DNA of 32,000 bases from an uncultured archaeon (GTDB lineage Archaea > Asgardarchaeota > Thorarchaeia > Thorarchaeales > Thorarchaeaceae), in the NCBI GenBank assembly GCA_964648855.1, contig CAZYLT010000012.1, positions 64,337 through 96,336 of the forward strand. Direction: 5' to 3'. Below, piece by piece: positions 8,540 through 17,004 of this stretch. The notes under the pieces are model-generated. The model was not told where the DNA came from. It saw only the letters and a list, made by a program, of their open reading frames with translations, and ran no database searches. The stretch's first letter is position 1. Every line of letters begins with the position of its first letter. A program made the position numbers and the translations under genes.

Positions 8540-9466
8540 TTATATTCTTGATTTACGCACGAACTTCACTGCTTTCCCTCTATATGGAACTACACTCTGT
8601 AGAGCCTGAAAATATGGAATATTCAACAACTGTGCAATTTCTTGTAAGGTGTGAGTGCCATCACATTTTTCGATAACATCACGATGTTCCTTCTTTATCT
8701 TGTTGATTTCTCCCTCAAAAATAGGAACTTCGACAAGTTCCTTCTTTTCTAAAGCTTGTTCCTCAGGACATTCGGCCGAAATAATCTTCCGTGAAACGCA
8801 CCAGCGAAGAACATCCATTACTTTTTCAACTTGCCGTGCCACGGCTTCAGCAATCTTGAAGGCGGTTCGACGTTCATCAACCATCATAAGAATATCAAGA
8901 GCTGTGTTTCCAAATTCGGCTGTGAGCTCTGTATTTACAGGGGTGTTTGTTGCCATTGATTGACTGTAGTTTTCGTCTCGGTGAATTATGCAGCCATGTC
9001 GCATTTCCACTTCATCAGGGGAAAATGATTGCCGCGGGGTTTCGACAACAGGCGATTCCTGTGCCGTGATTGCTTCTATTTGGACGACTTCCGTAACTTC
9101 TTCGTCTGAAACATCTGGATCCGGCACATATACTGAACTGGGAGGAGAAGGCAAATCAACTTCACCTAACAACTCCATTACGTTTCGTGTCTTCTGCAAT
9201 GCCATCCCTAAGGACTCTTCAGCATCGAAAAGGACCCCCAGAACCCAATAGTTGTCAACCCGCGCTAGAACAACTGTTCCTGCACCGCTCATGATGTTCA
9301 TCAGTTTCAGGGATTCTGCATGAATTTCCAGAGTTTCCTTAATTGTAGGGAGAATTTCATCAGGTAGAGAGAAAGAGAGGAAGGGAGTTCCATCGTTGGT
9401 GAAAAGAGCATAGCCATTAACCGACTGATCAAATCGGAGTTTCGTTAATACTCGCTCTAGTTCCAT
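8540..9466 (-). CDS. Roadblock/LC7-like domain + acidic linker + two wHTH repeats (copy 1)
   Basis: Start moved to ATG 9466 (MELERVLTKLRFD) by paralogy with 5628..6614 and to remove the overlap with the kinase; GYALFTNDG, VDERRTAFKIAE, VPIF...CDGTHTLQEIA. Confidence 0.65.
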   Translation of the reverse strand: MELERVLTKLRFDQSVNGYALFTNDGTPFLSFSLPDEILPTIKETLEIHAESLKLMNIMSGAGTVVLARVDNYWVLGVLFDAEESLGMALQKTRNVMELLGEVDLPSPPSSVYVPDPDVSDEEVTEVVQIEAITAQESPVVETPRQSFSPDEVEMRHGCIIHRDENYSQSMATNTPVNTELTAEFGNTALDILMMVDERRTAFKIAEAVARQVEKVMDVLRWCVSRKIISAECPEEQALEKKELVEVPIFEGEINKIKKEHRDVIEKCDGTHTLQEIAQLLNIPYFQALQSVVPYRGKAVKFVRKSRI

Positions 9467-9503
9467 TAATGCTTCCCTAACCTGTAAGTTCTGACGCGTC
9501 TTA

Positions 9504-10610
9504 TTATCCTCTGGCAGATTTAAGTAACTTTGTGCCATGAATTGAAACGTCAGGATTGGACTCTAAAAACGAAATTAGCTGGTTCAGTGATGGATGTGTT
9601 GCATCTTTAGACGAAACATAAAGTGCTGCAACAGCATTTGCTAGAGCTAATCGGTCAAGAGAATCGAGATTATTCAAGAGTCCAAATATATTGCCAGCAT
9701 TCCAAGCATCACCAGCCCCACATAATGTTCTCTCGGTTACATTGAAACTGGGGAAGGAAACAGTCTCTGAGTTTTGAATAGAAGATGAAAAGAAAGGCGT
9801 GTGAAGATCGATTTGACAGTTTATATGCTTCGATAATATTTGAGCGGATTCGAGCCATCTTTCAGGCGTTTCTACAATCTCTTGCCAATCACTGGAGGCC
9901 CCGCTCAGAGCACGAAAAAGCCATGCAGCCTCATTTTCATTTACGCCCAATACATCAATCAAGTTTGAGGGAAATATTCTGTCAACGAGGTCCGCAACCA
10001 TATCAGGGCGATTTGAGGGATCACCAATATCGAGATATGTAATCGCATCGCTTTCAGATCGAACAAATTCAAACAGATTCTCTGTTAATTCCATTGCCGC
10101 AAGGTTGTGATTTAGATTAACCAGAACCACCATCTTTGATTCTTTGATTGATTCTAAGTCGCTTTCAGTCAAATCTTCAAACCTGAATTGCTTTGCAGAG
10201 CCACTGTCACTCATCATAACATTGGCCCTTCGTCCTTCATAGTTGCCCTCCAATGAAACTGTGGCTGACAAAGAACCGTCTGTATGAATGTGGGATAAGT
10301 CCATAGAGGATTCAACAAGGCTTTCGAGTAGGCGATACCCATATGCATCAGTTGTGATTATTGGAACAGCTGGAACAGCTAATCTAAGAAGGGCTGATGA
10401 TGTGTTAATGGCATTACCACCCTTCCGGACGAATTGTGTATTACCAAGAATGTTGCCACCGCCCTGTTTAGCTATTCTCCGGATACTGTCAAGGAGATCC
10501 TCCAAATCTTCCACAATCACAAAGTGGTCTAGAAAGAAGTCAGGCAAAACGGTGACTTGTGGACACTCTGTTTCCTTTTTCAGAATTGATATGAGATTTG
10601 TATATACCAC
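9504..10610 (-). CDS. PfkB/ribokinase-family carbohydrate kinase
   Basis: GGNAINTS, NENEA and CGAGDAWNAG PfkB signatures. Confidence 0.85.
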   Translation of the reverse strand: MVYTNLISILKKETECPQVTVLPDFFLDHFVIVEDLEDLLDSIRRIAKQGGGNILGNTQFVRKGGNAINTSSALLRLAVPAVPIITTDAYGYRLLESLVESSMDLSHIHTDGSLSATVSLEGNYEGRRANVMMSDSGSAKQFRFEDLTESDLESIKESKMVVLVNLNHNLAAMELTENLFEFVRSESDAITYLDIGDPSNRPDMVADLVDRIFPSNLIDVLGVNENEAAWLFRALSGASSDWQEIVETPERWLESAQILSKHINCQIDLHTPFFSSSIQNSETVSFPSFNVTERTLCGAGDAWNAGNIFGLLNNLDSLDRLALANAVAALYVSSKDATHPSLNQLISFLESNPDVSIHGTKLLKSARG

Positions 10611-10647
10611 TAGAATCGCCCCTATTGGGACGTATTCAGCAATAAGT

Positions 10648-11091
10648 TTAGACCTTCTTAAGAGCTGCTTTCACCATTGAGGTGATTTTGTCCTCATCAA
10701 TTCCAGTCTTGTTAGTTGTCTTCTCAATATCGCAATAAGCCAAGTCAGAGATGGTCAGGATTCCTGCACCAGCAAGTGCTTCAGCATTTGCTTTGCTTAC
10801 GCCACGAATTGATGACAGCTCCTCAATTGCTGTGGCAACATTGGTTGCAGGCTCTTCAAGGGACATCGCCTCGATAATGTCATCAATCTCTGCAACATAG
10901 TTCTTCAGAGCTTCAACGTTCTCTTCATGGAGCGTTCTCCGTCTGAGGTCAACAATGAGCCCCATATCTCTGGTCTCAGGGATAGTGAGATCAGCTGCTT
11001 CAATCTCCTTCTGACTGAATCCACGTCCAATACGCGGCCGTTTGTCTTTGGGTGCTCGTACAACAGGTTCAGGTGTTATGTCGAAGCTCAT
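10648..11091 (-). CDS. rpl13e: Ribosomal protein L13e with C-terminal helix-hairpin-helix extension
   Basis: RIGRGFSQKEIEAA...GLIVDLRRRTLHEENVEAL is the L13e core; LSSIRGVSKANAEALAGAGI is HhH-like. Start placed at ATG 11091. Confidence 0.9.
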   Translation of the reverse strand: MSFDITPEPVVRAPKDKRPRIGRGFSQKEIEAADLTIPETRDMGLIVDLRRRTLHEENVEALKNYVAEIDDIIEAMSLEEPATNVATAIEELSSIRGVSKANAEALAGAGILTISDLAYCDIEKTTNKTGIDEDKITSMVKAALKKV

Positions 11092-11394
11092 TTTTTCGTT
11101 GGCTCCTATCCAGAACCATCGACTCGACAAAGCGCTTATTAGGCTTTCGAGATGGCACAAATTCAACTAATCGCTATATCGACCTATGCCGCAAAATCCA
11201 TGGTGCAGCAATCTCCACCAATGCTGCTAGAATGATAGAAAGCAAGAGAGGAGGAACTGAGCAATATTAACAAACTGAAGTGCAGGATAATCCAACTCAA
11301 TCTAGTGTATGAATCATAAATACATACCCTCCATGGTGATTTTACGTATATCCTTATTAATTGAGTAATGAAAGCAAAAAGCACTACGTGGCTT

Positions 11395-12225
11395 CTAGAA
11401 CTGGTCTAACGAGGTCTGCTCGATAGCGAGCTTTGCTTGCATTGATTCTAGCTTTTTCTTCTGACGAGGCTCAATAACATCCAACATCTCCAGCATTTGC
11501 AGAGCATTTAACGGAGCGTATCCAAAGAAATGGTTGTTGAAGTATCCCAACACGGTATCGTTGTTGTCCTTGAGCTTCTCTAACCTCGGTTTCCACTCCT
11601 CCAGTTCATCCATCGAGTATTTGTACTTGTACCATGGATTGGTGCCGTGACCATGCCAACGAACATACGCAAAATCCGTTGTTGTACGCATGTTGACCGC
11701 CAGACGTGGTTCGTCAACAATGACGTGAGCAATGTCATATTGTTCTAGGAGTTGCCAAGTTCCTGGACATAACCAACTCTCATGCCTAAACTCAATTGCA
11801 TATCTAAAGGAGGCATCCAATTCTGAGAGAAATGTTTCCAAATCAGCCATTTTATCGATGTGCCAGGGAGGCAATTGAATCAGTAATGCAGCAAGACGAT
11901 CAACAATAGGGCGGAGTAGTGTGAAGTATTCGTGAAGTACTTGCCCGCCATCGCCAGAGATATCAAGTCGATTATCGTGCGTGACCTTCTTAGGTAGCTT
12001 TGCTGTGAAAAACTTCGTTTCATCTACACTCGTTTTCAGGTGCTGAATGAACCCTCTCTTTGGGAGCGCATAGAAAGTTGAGTTGATCTCCGCAGTATCG
12101 AAGTAAGTAAGATACTGTTGCAGCAAGGAAGACATCGAATGATAGAATATCTCCTTCCATCCAGTAGAGTCTTTGTAAGACCAACCACTAGTGCCAATAT
12201 GCAGTCCTGAAATCATTGCTTCCAC
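11395..12225 (-). CDS. DUF72 (YecE) family protein
   Basis: IGTSGWSY, EINSTFY, KLPKKVTH, LIQLPP, EFRHESW, YVRWHG, YFNN. Confidence 0.93.
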   Translation of the reverse strand: MEAMISGLHIGTSGWSYKDSTGWKEIFYHSMSSLLQQYLTYFDTAEINSTFYALPKRGFIQHLKTSVDETKFFTAKLPKKVTHDNRLDISGDGGQVLHEYFTLLRPIVDRLAALLIQLPPWHIDKMADLETFLSELDASFRYAIEFRHESWLCPGTWQLLEQYDIAHVIVDEPRLAVNMRTTTDFAYVRWHGHGTNPWYKYKYSMDELEEWKPRLEKLKDNNDTVLGYFNNHFFGYAPLNALQMLEMLDVIEPRQKKKLESMQAKLAIEQTSLDQF

Positions 12226-12336
12226 AAATACCCCAATGGTTTTGGCTCTTTGCGTGAATGAAATTCATCCCAGCTAGCTTACTACGTCTAAGAAGAGATT
12301 CAAAAGGGATGAAGACATCTTATTTCTTGATTCAAG

Positions 12337-12654
12337 ATGAAGGCAGAAAACGTCAAAGCCGAGTTTTCTAATCTCAGCATACATATGGGTGACTTCGGTC
12401 ATTCAAAATTCAAAATGAAATGTGATGTCACATACGAGGACATGATGCTAGTGATGGACGACGGGAAACGGGTCGCTCGCCTCCATGCTCGCAACATCAA
12501 TAATGTGCATCTCGAAAAGAAGGCCATACGAATCTCAGCCATGAATTTCGAGATCAAAGAGAAGGAAGATGTCAGTGTGGCTACTGGGTCAATTAGGTTA
12601 GAATTAGGTGATGAAGCCAAGGCATGGTATGAGGAGCTTTGGGGTTATTCTTGA
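12337..12654 (+). CDS. Hypothetical protein, probable PH-like fold
   Basis: About 7 predicted beta strands followed by the terminal amphipathic helix DEAKAWYEEL. Confidence 0.6.
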   Translation: MKAENVKAEFSNLSIHMGDFGHSKFKMKCDVTYEDMMLVMDDGKRVARLHARNINNVHLEKKAIRISAMNFEIKEKEDVSVATGSIRLELGDEAKAWYEELWGYS

Positions 12655-12722
12655 GCTTAGAACACATTTTTTAGTGCATATTTATTTGCATGACGATGCC
12701 TTTAATCAGGGGTTAAGTGCAA

Positions 12723-14027
12723 ATGGCTGGAAAAATTGAGTACATTGAGTATCGACTAGCGGACATCCTTGGTCAACTAAGAGGAATGGTGGTTCCCTGC
12801 GAGCCTGTCGATAGCCTCGAGGAGCTGAAGAAGAACCCGGAGCTTCTTGAAGGGACAAGCGTTGATGGTAGCTCCATTCTAGGTCTATCGAGAGTAGAAT
12901 CATCCGACCTCAGACTGGATCCAGACCCCAATTCTCTGGTGGAACTACCATACTCGCATCATCGGACAGCAGCTGTCATGTGTTTTGTACGTGACAAGGC
13001 GTTTGCCGATAAGAAGGAGTTCTATCCAAAGGATACAAGAGGTGTTCTTCACCGTGTCTGTGAACAGTATCTTGCTCCAGAGATGATGCTGAAGACAAAG
13101 GTCGAACCTGAATTCTACTTCACCTCCATGGATGGAGAGCCCTTTGATTTTGCACAGTATGCCGCAACCTTTCCCATGAATTCAAGTCAGACTATCCTCT
13201 TAGATATTGCCAGTGCAGTTCGAAGTACGGGTGTAGGCGTTCATGTCATCCACCACGAGGTTGGAATAGCACAGCAAGAAGTAGAACTGGCATACGAAGA
13301 GGTCCTTCGTGCATCAGACAATATTCTGCTGTTCAAGAATGTCGCCAGAGCAATAGCTGCGAAGAATGGAATAGATGTTACCTTCATGCCCAAGCCATTT
13401 TCGGACCAGGCAGGAACTGGTCTTCATTGCCACCTCCAGCTCTGGGAGAAAGGAGAGAATCTATTCGGTGACAAGGAGAATGATTCCCTTTCTGATACTG
13501 CAAAGAGCTTCTTGGCAGGATTGATGAAGCATGCACCGGCAATCACAGCAATTGCCAATCCGACCATTAATTCTTACAAGCGATTGGAACCCCATCAGGA
13601 AGCACCTGTGTACATTTCCTGGGGGATGCAGAATAGAACAACTCTCATACGTGTGCCTCTGTTTCAGAAATCAAGCAAGGCAGCCATTGAATTTCGGTCT
13701 CCTGACCCAACATCAAATCCATACTTAGTTTTTGCATCTATTATTGCTGCGGGGATGGAAGGAGTGAGAGAAGAAATGAAACCAATCCAACCAGTTGAAG
13801 GCGATGTGTTCCATATGGCTGACTCTCAGAGGGATGAAATGGGAATCAAATCGCTTCCAGTTACGCTGAAAGAAGCACTTGAGCATCTGAAAAGGGACAG
13901 GCTCATCAGCGAGGCGCTCGGAAAAGAAATCATCGATACATACATTGACATCAAGCTTGGTGAATGGAATGATTTCATTTCTCATAGTGTGACTGATTGG
14001 GAATGGAATACGTACTTTGACATGTAG
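12723..14027 (+). CDS. glnA: Glutamine synthetase type I (or GS-like ligase)
   Basis: DGSSI, EPEFY, HHEVG, FMPKP, GTGLHCH, NSYKRL, NRTTLIRVP, EFRSPDP-NPYL. Confidence 0.88.
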   Translation: MAGKIEYIEYRLADILGQLRGMVVPCEPVDSLEELKKNPELLEGTSVDGSSILGLSRVESSDLRLDPDPNSLVELPYSHHRTAAVMCFVRDKAFADKKEFYPKDTRGVLHRVCEQYLAPEMMLKTKVEPEFYFTSMDGEPFDFAQYAATFPMNSSQTILLDIASAVRSTGVGVHVIHHEVGIAQQEVELAYEEVLRASDNILLFKNVARAIAAKNGIDVTFMPKPFSDQAGTGLHCHLQLWEKGENLFGDKENDSLSDTAKSFLAGLMKHAPAITAIANPTINSYKRLEPHQEAPVYISWGMQNRTTLIRVPLFQKSSKAAIEFRSPDPTSNPYLVFASIIAAGMEGVREEMKPIQPVEGDVFHMADSQRDEMGIKSLPVTLKEALEHLKRDRLISEALGKEIIDTYIDIKLGEWNDFISHSVTDWEWNTYFDM

Positions 14028-14028
14028 G

Positions 14029-15180
14029 TTACGAGAAATACTTGGCCATCCTGTCAAACGATTCATCTACGGCTTCAGGAGTGAGGGGGCCAACCGATAT
14101 TCGAATATGCCCTTCACCTGCAGGCCCGAAGACTCTTCCTGGTAACGTAAGAATCTTGATTTCATCAAGCATGTCAATCACTAGATTTCTCGAATCTTCA
14201 CAGCCTCTTACACGTGGAAAAAGATAGAAGGTGCCTTTCGTTCGAATGATTTCGAATTTATCGATTTCTTGGGTCCGGATGTAGACTAGCTCTCTTAGTT
14301 TTCCCAGTCGATTCAGTTCATCATCTACAAACTCAGCTCCCTCTTTCAAGATCTCTAACGCAAGCATTTGACTTGCGGTCGGTGCGCAAATGGTCACGGT
14401 ATCTTGAACTTTGAGAAACTCCTTCATGAAAGTTTGAGAACCGACAATGTAGCCAACTCTCCATCCACTAATCCCAAAGTCCTTCGAAAAGCTTCCCAAT
14501 ACAACAACATAGTCCTCGGCATCCCGTCTTCTTCTTGGACTGTAATGAGTGGCTCCTTCAAACACCAAGCGAGCATATGCTTCGTCCGATATTAGAAACA
14601 GTTCATTCTCCAGGCATATGTCAACTATTTCGTCGACCACTTTTTGCTTATAAACCGCACCAGTTGGATTGTTTGGTGAAACCAGCAGGACCGCCTTTGT
14701 GTTGTCATCTATCGCTTTGCGGATTGAATCAGGATTGGGTTGAAACTTCTCATCAACTTCAACTGCCTTTGCATCACCGCCAGCTAGCTGAATGGCCATT
14801 ACTTGATTGAAATAGAATGGCTCAGGAACCAGTACGTTCTCCCCAGGCTCAAGCAAGGTAAGCATAGCACCAGAAAAGGCGTTATTCCCGCCTGCGGTGA
14901 TTGTAATCTCTGTCTGAGGATCAACATCAAAATTGGAATGTTTTCGCAGATATAGTGCTAATTCCTCTCGCAATTCCAAGTGACCTTGGTCAGGCGTATA
15001 TTGATGGGTTACAGGGTGCAGTATCTTCTCGCCCAAGGAGGTCAGTATTGATTTGGGTGGGATGTGCCCAGGTAGTCCCTGTCCAAGATCGATGAAATCT
15101 TGTGAGCCAGCATATTTCTTTGCAGCCTCAGCCAGCTTCACGATCGGAGGTGGCGTGATATTTTCTGTGCGGAATTTCAT
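14029..15180 (-). CDS. PLP-dependent aminotransferase class I/II
   Basis: SPNNPTGAVY, SDEAY, SFSKDFGISGWRVG, GHIRIS. Confidence 0.93.
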   Translation of the reverse strand: MKFRTENITPPPIVKLAEAAKKYAGSQDFIDLGQGLPGHIPPKSILTSLGEKILHPVTHQYTPDQGHLELREELALYLRKHSNFDVDPQTEITITAGGNNAFSGAMLTLLEPGENVLVPEPFYFNQVMAIQLAGGDAKAVEVDEKFQPNPDSIRKAIDDNTKAVLLVSPNNPTGAVYKQKVVDEIVDICLENELFLISDEAYARLVFEGATHYSPRRRRDAEDYVVVLGSFSKDFGISGWRVGYIVGSQTFMKEFLKVQDTVTICAPTASQMLALEILKEGAEFVDDELNRLGKLRELVYIRTQEIDKFEIIRTKGTFYLFPRVRGCEDSRNLVIDMLDEIKILTLPGRVFGPAGEGHIRISVGPLTPEAVDESFDRMAKYFS

Positions 15181-15386
15181 ATCTTTGCAAACCTGGGGTA
15201 TAGCCCCTAACTAATCATGTACCTCTCCTAAGAAAAAGGAATCGTCTTGACAAGCTCATTTTGTATCTCTGGAGTGCGATTTCTTCAGATGAAACAGACT
15301 GGGTGAACATAAAAACAGCCGAATATATCTGCCAAACATCCCTAAATGATATTTAATAACGCAATTATTCATACGGGAAGAAGGAG

Positions 15387-16184
15387 ATGCACTATATGAA
15401 CGAGGAAATGAAAAAATGTGCTGCAAAGATACTGGGTTCTCCAGACGCACAAGTAGTTCAAACAAGAGAAATTGAGATGGACGAACCTCTGCTTATTTGC
15501 GGTTTCCCCTCAGCGGGAGTGGTTGGTACGATTGCCGCCAATACCATAATTGAACAGTCAGAGATGGAGGAGATTGCGCATGTTCGGTCCAAATACATGC
15601 CCTCAGCAGCAGTATTCATGGATGGTAGACTTAGACATCCGTTTCGCGTATATGCAAGCAAGGATAAGAAACTCCTTTTGGTGACAACAGAGTTGCCGGT
15701 AGCAGAACAGGGTATGTATCAAGTCAGTTCTGCGTTGCTGGATTGGGCAGCAGAACTGGGAGTTAAAGAAACAGTCGTTCTTGATGGTATTCCTGTACAG
15801 GGAATGCCTTCTGAGAGGAAAGTCCTGTATGCTGCAGAAGAGGAGAAAATCGCTGATTTAGAAGAGCAAGAGGAAATGGAAATACTGCAAAAGGGGATTA
15901 TTACTGGAATAGCAGGGTCGATTCTATCTGAAACACTGTGTAGGGATATGGTTGGATTTGCCCTCCTGACGCCTGCTCTCACCATGATTCCTGATCCGGA
16001 GGGAGCAGTGAAACTTCTCCAAGCTTTGACTAAGCTATATGATGTAGAAGTTGATGTTTCCGAGCTACAAGAAAGTGCGGACAAAATCCGAGAAAAGATG
16101 CGGGACATGGCAAAACAGGTCGACGGAATGCGTCAAGGCCAGCAACCAGGTGTCCCCTCAGGATATGAGAGAATATACGCTTAG
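15387..16184 (+). CDS. Proteasome assembly chaperone PAC2 family (PbaA/PbaB-like)
   Basis: GFPSAGVVGTIA, HPFRVY, GIITGIAGSIL, PDPEGA; C-terminal IYA. Confidence 0.9.
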   Translation: MHYMNEEMKKCAAKILGSPDAQVVQTREIEMDEPLLICGFPSAGVVGTIAANTIIEQSEMEEIAHVRSKYMPSAAVFMDGRLRHPFRVYASKDKKLLLVTTELPVAEQGMYQVSSALLDWAAELGVKETVVLDGIPVQGMPSERKVLYAAEEEKIADLEEQEEMEILQKGIITGIAGSILSETLCRDMVGFALLTPALTMIPDPEGAVKLLQALTKLYDVEVDVSELQESADKIREKMRDMAKQVDGMRQGQQPGVPSGYERIYA

Positions 16185-16205
16185 ACTGTCCCGTGAAGCA
16201 GTAAG

Positions 16206-16240
16206 CTAGGGATTGAAACCTGTACTTGGTTTCACCCTAG
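16206..16240. terminator. Hairpin between convergent genes, possible bidirectional terminator
   Basis: CTAGGG-AT-TGAAACC / 7-nt loop / GGTTTCA-CCCTAG: 13 bp with a 2-nt bulge. Confidence 0.45.
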
Positions 16241-16794
16241 TCACTGCAGGACTTATAGGCCTCTTCCGCTCCCGCAGCATTCTTTTTACCTACTTTTTCA
16301 GGCCAGTTCTTCTTGATCACTTCTTTTACTGTTTCTAACTTAACCAAGCCAGTTGCCTTTGCAAAAGCGCCCAGCATCGTGGTATTGACGACGGGAAGTC
16401 CTGAAACCAAAAGACCGTGTTTCAGTGCGATTCCAGTCCCATCATATGTGTAGACATGTCCCACATCAAAATCAAACTCAGACGCCTTTTTTGGACTGTT
16501 GATGATGATTTTCCCATCTTCTTTCAGCCCTTCAGTGACATCTGCAAGTTCGATGATAGTGGGGTCAAGAACTGCAACTACGTCAGGTTCGTATATCTGG
16601 CTTCGAACGTTGATCTCCTTGTCAGCTATTCGTGTGAAGGCTTTGACGGGAGCCCCACGTCGTTCAGCACCGAAATATGGAAACGCTTGTACACCCTTAT
16701 AGCCATCCTCGTATGCAGCCTTTGCCAGTAGTTCGGCGAAGGTTACACCACCCTGACCTCCGCGGCCGTGAATTCTAATCTCAATCATTTTCAT
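16237..16794 (-). CDS. porG: Pyruvate/2-oxoacid:ferredoxin oxidoreductase gamma subunit
   Basis: EIRIHGRGGQGGVT, FPYFGAERRGAPVKAFTRI, VNTTMLGA. Confidence 0.92.
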   Translation of the reverse strand: MKMIEIRIHGRGGQGGVTFAELLAKAAYEDGYKGVQAFPYFGAERRGAPVKAFTRIADKEINVRSQIYEPDVVAVLDPTIIELADVTEGLKEDGKIIINSPKKASEFDFDVGHVYTYDGTGIALKHGLLVSGLPVVNTTMLGAFAKATGLVKLETVKEVIKKNWPEKVGKKNAAGAEEAYKSCSD

Positions 16795-17004
16795 TTCAGA
16801 AGACTCCTCTATGAGGACTGCCTAATAGACAAGGAGAGGCGGACAACGGTATAACAAAACTGTTTCGTTATCGCCACGATTTTTGATATCTGAAAAGATG
16901 AGATGTGGGACGTATATCTTCAGGTAAAAAAAAAAACGGAATCTCCATTTCTCACTAGCGAGAGCCCGTCCTATCATTTTGAAACATATCTGTCCATATA
17001 GTTA

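Noticed and set aside
9467-9538. N-terminal extension of the roadblock-wHTH ORF
   Set aside because: It overlaps the kinase and is absent from the paralog; ATG 9466 is preferred.
11170-11384. Hydrophobic short frames (66-aa ORF; PPLLLSIILAALVEIAAPWILRHRSI in another frame)
   Set aside because: Could be a decayed membrane-protein remnant, but the frames are broken by stops and nothing is recognisable.
12670-12695. TGCA...TGCA imperfect palindrome upstream of glnA
   Set aside because: It does not match the GlnR/TnrA or NrpR boxes and overlaps AT-rich promoter sequence.
16926-16936. Poly-A run
   Set aside because: A U-tract on the minus strand downstream of the oxidoreductase gene, consistent with ordinary archaeal termination; no evidence for phase variation.
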